Assembly: GCF_006345805.1 (NCBI RefSeq)
Contig: NC_042998.1
Span: forward strand, 132,804,001 to 132,868,000
From: Octopus sinensis
Lineage: Eukaryota
Length of the DNA stretch: 64,000 nt
Direction: 5' to 3'
Part shown: positions 55,060 through 64,000 of the stretch, piece by piece
Layout: each line of letters starts with the position of its first letter
Position numbering within the stretch: position 1 is the first letter of the stretch
The notes under the pieces: model-generated
Database searches by the model: none
Told to the model about the DNA's origin: nothing
Seen by the model: only the letters and a program-made list of their open reading frames with translations
Made by a program: the position numbers and the translations under genes

Positions 55060-55834
55060 CTATTTAGTTCCTCTGCAATCAGTCACAAATTTAAGTTTTT
55101 GCTGTTAGGTTTGCACCAATTTTGACGCAGTTTATAGAATTGGATCCATTTTAGTAAGATACTAAATTGTCTTTTAAAATAAGGGAGATGTTAAAATTTA
55201 GAGCATTACTCTCCGCATAACCACGCTTTTTGCCTTTGAAGCACCAAAAGCATCAATATTCACACACTTTGCAGAATTAGATTCCTTTCAACGAGATCTT
55301 TTTTATTTAAGCGCAATAAAAACAAAAATGTTAAAGAAATAAGATAACTGTATTGTTTGAAGTTGCCTTACTCCCACATATTTTATCCCAAATCTTTTCG
55401 TCTGTTTTTTTATTCAACCAATTTTTTATTACTATATCTATCTCAAAATGAAGGAAGCACTGATCCTTTTCAATGAAGTTTAAATGCCAAAGGGCGTAAA
55501 GCGTAAATGCTGACCGTACAGCCGTAGGTGAATTGATGTTGCTGACACATCAAACTGTTCGATTAACAGTGAGACTTGCATTGCATTGGACACGATATCT
55601 GATAAATTATCAGCCACCGGGGAAATTGAAACCATTACAATAGCATCTATTGTAATAAGCAATGCATGTATTAGTAACATCAGCTGCAAATGTCGTCAAC
55701 CCAAACAGCCCCAGTCAGTCAGTACTTGAAACAAAAATTCCTTTCCTTATTATTCGAAGTAAATTGTGTCAAATCGCAGCAATATGTCACTTTAGTTGCC
55801 GTCTTTCTTTCTTCCTCTATTTCATTTTGCGTTT

Positions 55835-55878
<44 letters not shown>

Positions 55879-55914
55879 TCTACCTATCTATTTCAATTTA
55901 GAAATATCTTTTAC

Positions 55915-56135
55915 CTTTTATTTGCTTCAGACATTAGACTGAGGCCATGCTGGGGGCAACATCTAAAAGAATTCCAGTCGAATGAATCACACGCCATACT
56001 TATTTTATTTATTTGTTTTTGTTTGCTTTAAACCTAGTTCTTATCATATCAATCTCTTTTGGCGAACCGCTAGGTTACAAGGAGCGAAAACACACCAATT
56101 GCCTAGCGGTAGTGGCGGACGAATATAGACTCAAA
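55915..56135 (-). mobile_element. SINE family B 3' part
   Basis: cattagactgaggccatgctgggg...ttttggcgaaccgctag. Confidence 0.7.
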
Positions 56136-56281
56136 GACACACACACACACACACACACATACACACACACGCGCGCGCGCGCACACACACACATACACAC
56201 ACGCATCAGTTGAATAAAGTTAAAACATGGTCTGGTTTTCAAGTTTTATATTATGATATTAAAAAAAATTAAAGTGTGTAT

Positions 56282-56327
56282 CACACCTCAACATTGTAAA
56301 AATATATTTTTACAATGTTGAAGTGTG
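56282..56327. repeat. Perfect 34-bp palindrome with short extension
   Basis: TCAACATTGTAAAAATA|TATTTTTACAATGTTGA at 56288-56321. Confidence 0.95.
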
Positions 56328-56837
56328 TGAAACATTAAAAAAGTATGTCGTAATGTTCAACAAGTTGAATTAGCACTTTGATACGTTTGTAATAATTATC
56401 AAATTTCAAAATGTATTAAACTGACAGTTCTTGATAAATGTACTAAAATGACTGACTTCTTCATTTTGTACCACTTAGAAGGCGCCAACAAGCCGAGTTT
56501 TAACCAATCCGCATGCAGCTTAAACGTCAGTCGCGGTTTGTCGGTCGTACCGATATTACTGGCATAGATCCCGCCTTTATTTTAACCAGTTAGCTTGCGG
56601 TTTACATGCACTGGTTTTATGAGTGAGCAAACTTAGTTAGTTTCGATCGTTTTTATTTCAGTTGGTGGCAGTCTTCTGTAATTTGTTTCTATCCATATGT
56701 TAAAGATATTTTTTAATCCACATCATTAACTGGTTGTTATATTATTGTTGTTATTTCCGTTCGGATCAGGTTTGAACATTTCGAGAAACCGCGTTTCTTT
56801 TATCATTCTTCCAACCTTACTTGTGTCATGCATTTTC

Positions 56838-57040
56838 TTAAAAATGTAATTCTGTGTTTCTCATTTCTCTTGTAAATTTGAGACTAGGGTGTAGATTGTT
56901 GAGGAGGGTGCTGAATTCTTCCAGATTTTCTAGGGATTTGATCCAAATTAAGAAACAACCATCGAGGTTTCTTTTCCATGTGTCCTCTATATGTTTTCTA
57001 AAGGTAGTAGTTCTCTTCAATTTTTTAATATAGGTTTAAT
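56838..57040 (-). mobile_element. Penelope-like RT fragment (inverted)
   Basis: WKRNLDGCFLIW...LEEF...LNNLHPSLKFTRE....LHF matches the PLE W.RY.DD.F.IW...LN..HP.IKFT.E...LPFLD pattern. Confidence 0.85.
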
Positions 57041-57049
57041 TCCAAGTAT

Positions 57050-57505
57050 CCCAATACTAACTTCGATAAAATCCACATCAAGCCACAAACAACCCGCAAC
57101 ACCAAAACATTTCTAACATCATCAAAACAAATTTGCCAGTCATGAAACAAAGTGAAGAATTAAAAACACAATAACTAATCAAACACTTATCTTAAGCAAA
57201 AGGCAACCACACAACTTAAAGAAACTATTGACAAAGGCAAAATTCAACAAGAACATACAGGATAAGACATTCACAGTATAAAAGTGTAACGATAATAGAT
57301 GTGGAACGTGTCAATACATGCATACCGGTAGATCCATGAGAACGAAAAAATGGACAGATTTCCGCAAATACAGATATTAACTGCAAACGCAGAAATTTGA
57401 TCTACTGCATTAAATGCCCGATTTACGAGGAACTATATATTGGCGAGACAGGGAATGCATTATAAGAACGCTCACGAGTCCACAGACGACAAATTCGGGA
57501 AAACT
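57050..57505 (+). mobile_element. Penelope-like linker + GIY-YIG endonuclease fragment
   Basis: SKRQPHNLKKLLTKAKF, KCNDNRCGTC, NLIYCIKCP...LYIGETGNAL*ERSRVH. Confidence 0.88.
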
Positions 57506-57668
57506 AATCTTCGCCAAATTCCATTGAGCGAACATATGGTAAAAAAATGTTTATAATTTTTTCTTTCCACAAACTACTGGCTGCGTAAGGTATTTGAGGA
57601 CATACCTTTTTTCGGTCATTGCTGTACTTTTGGCTAACTCTGTATAATCTTTGTTTCAGAAAATAATA

Positions 57669-57885
57669 ATGGCAGACCCTCAGCTTACTCAAGAAATGGG
57701 AAGGCATGCTGTTATTGTGGTTATAAAGGCTGAGCATAGCGATTTAAAAATATCTCGATTTTTAAAAGTTAGTTATCTCAAACGTGAAAAACTTCAACCC
57801 AGATCAAAAGGTTCATAGAAGAAATGACAGATGGTTATGTGCAGACCCTTCTGAAGTTCCAAGTGTTATGCATGCAAAATTTCGA
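57669..57885 (+). mobile_element. Internally deleted Tc1/mariner-superfamily transposase
   Basis: MADPQLTQEMGRHAVIV...ISRFLKV joined to KNFNPDQKVHRRNDRWLCADPSEVPSVMHAKF. Confidence 0.65.
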
Positions 57886-59441
57886 CACACCACACACACA
57901 CACACACGCACGTACACACACACACACACGCACGCGCACACACACACACACACGCGCGCATATACAACCGATGATTTAGCCATGAAATTAATTAAATTTT
58001 CCCATTCCTACACGTGTTTCAATGAAATTTATAAGGGAATTACATAATCTAGGCTAAAAGTATTTTTATCTTCACGTAATCAGAGATTCTTTCAGAATGT
58101 GATATTTTATCAGGCTTTCCTTATATAACAGAAGGAAAAGAAACAACTCACCTGTTTAGATTTTTTTCTATATACTCTGTGATTTACAGGTAGAAGTGAA
58201 AGTAACCCTTGACTAAACTACACAGCTTTCTCATTTCAATTTTGAAAGCTGATTATGATTTTCTTATTTCTCCTCATCCGCCCTTTTTTCCATTCCCCTC
58301 ATACTCAATCATAAAGAAAATAGTGAGAAACAATGGCAATACGGTGAAACGAAGGATCGATATCATACCGCTTCTACGTTCTGAGTTTCATCCTTCTGGC
58401 ATCGATGAAAGAAGTCTCAAACACATCAATGATTGATTCAATTGATTATACATTACCGTACAAAATGTGCATTTACGTTAATTCATTTGCAATCATTGAG
58501 TTTATGTCTATGTTAGTAAAAGACCAGCAGATTCGACATTTTGCCCACTCTTTTCAAACTATACATACCTTCCCATAAGCCCACAAAATGTACAGACAAC
58601 CTTATACTCAGATGACATCATCATCACACCCTCCCTCCATTCTCCAAACACTGCCGCTCAAGCACTTCAACCTAATTTGAATCACCTAGAAACGTGGCTC
58701 CACAGCAACAGATTTAAAGTATTACATACCATTGAATCTATGGCGGTGCATTACAATTTTATGCTTGTTTTATTGACGAAGGATGGATGAAAGGTAAAGA
58801 TGAAATCTTAATGTAGAAACATCAAGTGTGTGTGTGTGTGCTTGAATGAATGTGTATGTGCACGTGTGTATGTGTGCAAGTGATATTTACGCATGTATGT
58901 ATATTTGTGTATATATGTACATGTATATATGTATACACATACACATACATACACACACATATATAAAGAGTGTGTGAGTAAGTACATAGTGAGCTTGATA
59001 GACAGGCATAGGTATATAAATACATATATGCGTACATACACATACATATGTATTTACTTACACACACGCACACACACACGCATGATGTGTGTGTGTGTGT
59101 ATGTGTCATTCTGTACACAATAATATGTAGGCCTTTATGTGGTGGTGCAGTCTGTTTAGAAATAGCAGGCGTTTCATTCTACTGCCTTAAATAAAGGAGT
59201 ACGTAGTTCACATTGTAATCGTTTCCAACTTCAAAAATCCGCTTCTGATTTCTGATCATAAGCCTGCCCAATGGGAATTAAGAAACACGAGCCACCGACG
59301 GAGTGAGCCATTGCGAGGTTACCCGACGTGTTGGAAGTAGCAACGAAAATACTGATGCTTGAAAAAAGAAAAAAAGTAAGAACATAAGTACACACTGGAT
59401 AATGTAGTCTTTAGTACATTGTGTGTGTATCTGTGTGTGTT

Positions 59442-59477
<36 letters not shown>

Positions 59478-60789
59478 ATTAACACAAAAAACATACATGC
59501 CATTTTATACGTTATAAAGCACGTTTCGACAAATTACTGGATTACTGGTAAGATTACATAATTGCTTGTTGACATTATATAACCTTCTAAATTACCTCAT
59601 CAGTGTTCAGCAAAAATCGCAATGAATGGTGTTAAATGCTCAATATGTATCCCTATTATGGAAATATCAACATCAGGGTCTTTGATTATGGATGAGCTCA
59701 GTCAAACTTGCTCTAGAACACTAAACAACAACAGCAGCCCTAATCACATCACCACTACCACCACCACTACCACCACCACCACCAACACCACCACCATCAC
59801 AAGAACAACATCCAGTGTAACATAGTAGCCGTACCTCCGATGATCACGGACACTACTATTACCACTCTAATTACTACCACCATAACCACTATCACCAAAA
59901 TTAGTATCCCCGATAATAAGATAAAATTACGACCACAACATCTATATCAAGCTTCATATGCGCTACACCAAATCTCTCCCCACCTCATCATCACTATCGC
60001 CATCACGAACACCACAACCATACAACAAGCATCCACTAATACGACTACTAAAAATGATATCAACATCATAAATAACAGCATTACCACGACGACGACGACT
60101 GTCACCATGACAATCAACAACAGCAACAACAACACCAGCACCATTCATCCACTATCAGCACCACCATCACAAATACCAGTATTATTTCCAACATAAGAAG
60201 ACTTCGTTTCGTCGTTTCCAATCCCTTATTCACTTAGTGATCTTGCAAAAGTCATAACGACGAACAAAATGAATAAATAGGTAAAAAGTAAAAAATACAA
60301 AAAAAAAAAAAACAGAAATGGGAAGAAAAACAACTGAAACCACTCCTCTCCCTTCCGTCACTTCACTCCCACAAAAAAGGGCAAAAAATGTAAACGAAAC
60401 AACACGCCAAAAAAAAAAAAAAAAAAAAAACTGAAGGAAAAAGAGTTCGGTTAGAAAAAACAACGGAATAAACAAAAAGACAAACTTTAAAGAAAAAATC
60501 TTTACTAAATGATCTTTGCATATGGATGTTACATCATCAGTGGTTTGTTCACTAGGGGTAGATGGGAGGAAAAAGAGAGAGAAAAAAAACTGAAATTAAT
60601 ATTCTTTTCATTGACTTGAACACTCCGGGTGGCAAGGTATATAGTTTACCACTTTGGGGTCGCTCTGGGAGAATGTCATGCCTTTACGGTACACAAGACA
60701 AATAAAAATAGCTAAAGGAACTTAGAAAAAGACAACCCCCCAAAAAGTGCCCTCAAAGATTCATCGACATTGTTTTTCATTCACTTTTG

Positions 60790-60830
<41 letters not shown>

Positions 60831-60831
60831 G

Positions 60832-60879
<48 letters not shown>

Positions 60880-61329
60880 ATATATATATATTTATATACA
60901 TACATACATACATACATACATACACACACACGGTTCAAATGTGTAAAATATAATCCGCATATGTATGTGTGTGTGTTTATATACAATGCCCGTGCGTGTG
61001 TGTATGATTCCCTTGATGCTGTTTTGGCAAATACATTATTTCTAATATTGACACCGATATTGCCATTCACTGCCCTAATAATAAAATAATTTTTTCTTTA
61101 TTGGTCACAAGGGCCTATGCATACAATACAAAACGCGTAGGTACCTATGTGTGTATAAATACGAATATATATATATATATATTTACGTATAAACATACCA
61201 CAATAAGCACGTCCTCTATGACCGCCATCATCAATGCTATTACAAATTACAACCCTACTACAACCGTTACAACCACCAATGATTGCCAGCTTAATAGAGA
61301 TCGACTTCCTGCATATCACGTCAGAGCTC

Positions 61330-61740
61330 AATACAAGTGCTACTCCCGAAGAAAGCCCAAGGAAGAAACTTCGTATATTTATAGAATCTCCAACTACCCA
61401 CCAACTATAATTGGAAACTTAATTATAAATAGCAACAGAAGAATTTACAATTTATCGGCAAACAGAAAGATGTTCAACGAGGCTGCAACCCATTATAATG
61501 TGACATTAACGAGAAGCTTTTCGTAAAAGTAATTGTATAAGGAGGATCTTCCCAGTTTCTCTTACAAACTCAAAGAAAGAAAATGAGAAAGGTTACCTGA
61601 TTTAATCCCCTGTACAGTCTATATCCTTCAACTTAGCTAACTAGAAGCTTAAATGGGTCCTAAGAACCCGTATATATCGTAAGATTTTTATACCCGTAAC
61701 GTCAAGGCTAGCCATACTAGCTTACATAATATCGCTTTTC
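61330..61740 (+). mobile_element. Penelope-like RT thumb remnant
   Basis: SNYPPTIIGNLI...RRIYNLSANRKMFNEAATHYN..L and RKVT*FNPLYS (WFNPPYS-like). Confidence 0.7.
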
Positions 61741-61824
61741 GGATGTAAGGATAGAGAAATCTCCCTGTCGCGATTCATCAGGCAATTCCAGAGCCAAGAA
61801 AAGACGTCTCCAATATTACACGCG

Positions 61825-62162
61825 GCGTTGAGTCAGCTTGTTATTAGATCTGAAGCTAAATATGTCGAGTTAATGCCTTTCGTTTCTTTACCAATATACA
61901 CACTGCGGGGTAATTCCGAAAAGCTCTACCTGCGACGATTTCATCTCAATCGAAGGAGAGGAGCTTTCTCCGTCCGGGTTGCGGATCCATGGAACAAGCT
62001 GCCAGACGAGATGGTGAAGATGTCGACGACCGCTTTGTTCAAAGCCTCCCTTGACCTCAAGTGGCCTGAACTCTTTACATGAACACCACCCTGTACTTAA
62101 CTCCATGTCCCCCTACATGGCCTTGCTATTTGCTTTTGCGCCAAATTAACTAACTAACTAAC
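61825..62162 (+). mobile_element. CR1-type LINE 3' end with (TAAC)n tail
   Basis: LRGNSEKLY...RRGAFSVRVADPWNKLPDEMV....FKASLD; tail aattaactaactaactaac. Confidence 0.85.
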
Positions 62163-63639
62163 ACACACACACATACATGTGCGCGCGCGCGTGTGTACGT
62201 GCGTGAGAGGGAGAGAGTGAGTATGCCTGTAGTTAACTTATCTGAGGCAAAAGCATAATAGAATATATCAAGATAAATTTAAAATTTGCTACAAGAAACA
62301 ACTCCAGGCAAATACAAATAAGGATGACGCACTTAACAGCAAAGAGAAGCTGCTCCAAAAGTAAGATCAAAGCATCTCGTGAGCCTCACCGCCTTACGAC
62401 CCGTTCATTTTCTTCTAAATGAAGGAGGAGGTGTCTTAAACTGCCTGTCAGCATTTTCAACCTTATTAACCCGTATAAATGTCTTACGTTCAGTAGAACG
62501 TGATCCTTCAGCTGTAGAAAACCAATTATGTGGTTTTTAGCGGCCATCTTTCATCTAGTGGTGCGCAATGTTTGTCTTTCATTTCCTTAAAAATCAGTAC
62601 AATGTTTAATTAGCTCTCTTTTAGGGTTAACATTACTTCTTTTCAGAGTATCGTAAATTTCTTGCAAGCCGTCAGTGCAAGAAGTCTTCCTGTTGAGCTT
62701 CAAATGTGAAATAGAGTCCCCCAGAGATTAGACCTGTTACTATGATCCAACCAAGGATCCCTACAAATCCAGGATTAACTTGACTATCAAGAATAATTGC
62801 CTTTATCAAACTATTATAACCAAGGCCATACTCTCACCCACCTTATCACAAGCTTACAGGAAGCACCATAATTGTCTCTATTCTGATTTCTAACCTAAGC
62901 AAAAATTTTAAAAATTAAAAAGAACCACGGACGTTTTTTCTTTCTTTTGTTCTTTGATGTCATAACTTGATACTGGGTTGGCACTTTAGTTCATGGACTA
63001 CGAATGGGTGACGTAAACACGGAGAGATTTGAATTCAGAATGGAAAAACACAAATAATAGCTACTCCTAAATGATAGCTAACTATTGAAGAATTTACATC
63101 CAAAAAGTGGCCAGCAAATAATATTTCCAATACAATGGATTTTCCGTATCCTTGAAGAGATTTAGAAACATTTATTCATCAACACGAAGACTTCATTAGC
63201 AAGAACTGTTTTTCCTACTCACGTTTTTCTTTTCGCGTTGTACTTAAGTGATGACAACATCACAGAAATTCACACTTGAAAAGATGAAAATATCATATGT
63301 GCCAACACAAGGTAATGAAGATAAAAATGAAAGAGATGACTTGTTTTTTTATATGGTTCTTTTCCGGCAACCAATCAAATGATAATATACTATAGTCCAG
63401 CCATAAGTGAATGTGTATTATCTTGCTGCTCGCCTCCTTTAGTTGTTTGAATAAGATCCATAGGACTCAGAGTAACGGTTAAAGAATCACCGACTTCAAA
63501 TAAAATACACGATTCTTATGTATTTATCGCTTTTTCTTACTAGTTTCTAAACATATTTTCTAAGCTATTGTACCCGATGTTCTAGCGATTGTACCTATCC
63601 AACACCATTCTAATGATAGTAATTATTTCTAATATGGAC

Positions 63640-63815
63640 GTAAATTTGGAAATTTGTGGGAGGAGAATATTCAATAAAAATCGATCACAGTATTTAACTG
63701 GTACTTTATTTTATCAACTCTGGAAAGGTAAAGCACAAAATGTTTCCCATCGGGATTTGAACTCAGTAAGTGGAGTAACTTAATACATATTGCCAAACGC
63801 TCTAAAGATTCCCCC
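63640..63815 (-). mobile_element. Highly diverged SINE family A
   Basis: aactggtactttattttatc...gggatttgaactcag. Confidence 0.55.
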
Positions 63816-64000
63816 AAATCCTTTGAAAGTCACGTGGCAAAAAAACGAATGAAAAATAATGTTTTAGTTTGGTTTACTTATTTCCCTTTATTTCTGTTAT
63901 ATTTAGGTATTTCAGGGAGCTTGTTGGCGCTTGCGAAATGTGTGGGCGTATGTTGCATTTTGTAGGTTGTGTGCGAATTATAGGATGTATATAATGTGTA

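Overview
Eukaryotic, AT-rich, repeat-saturated non-coding DNA. The SINE families and extreme microsatellite density look like an octopus (coleoid cephalopod) genome; this is pattern recognition, not a database result. I see no intact host gene, rRNA, true tRNA or CRISPR array, and almost all listed ORFs are microsatellite artefacts. The real coding remnants are all decayed transposons: mariner/Tc1 transposases, R4/Dong-like LINE pieces, an RTE-like RT with an internal inversion, an RTE-like C2H2 tail, a ~3.4 kb CR1-like LINE inside giant (TA)n arrays, and Penelope-like RT/GIY-YIG pieces. The most interesting signal is a set of small non-coding inserts in or beside TA-rich microsatellites that carry minimal hammerhead-ribozyme motifs with palindromic stem III. 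One is a 146/141-bp inverted repeat with a hammerhead in each arm. Also notable are head-to-tail SINE multimers joined at tail/head microhomologies inside a single target-site duplication, loopless palindromes, and two candidate cis-regulatory clusters. There is one 100-N assembly gap. Most element boundaries are approximate.
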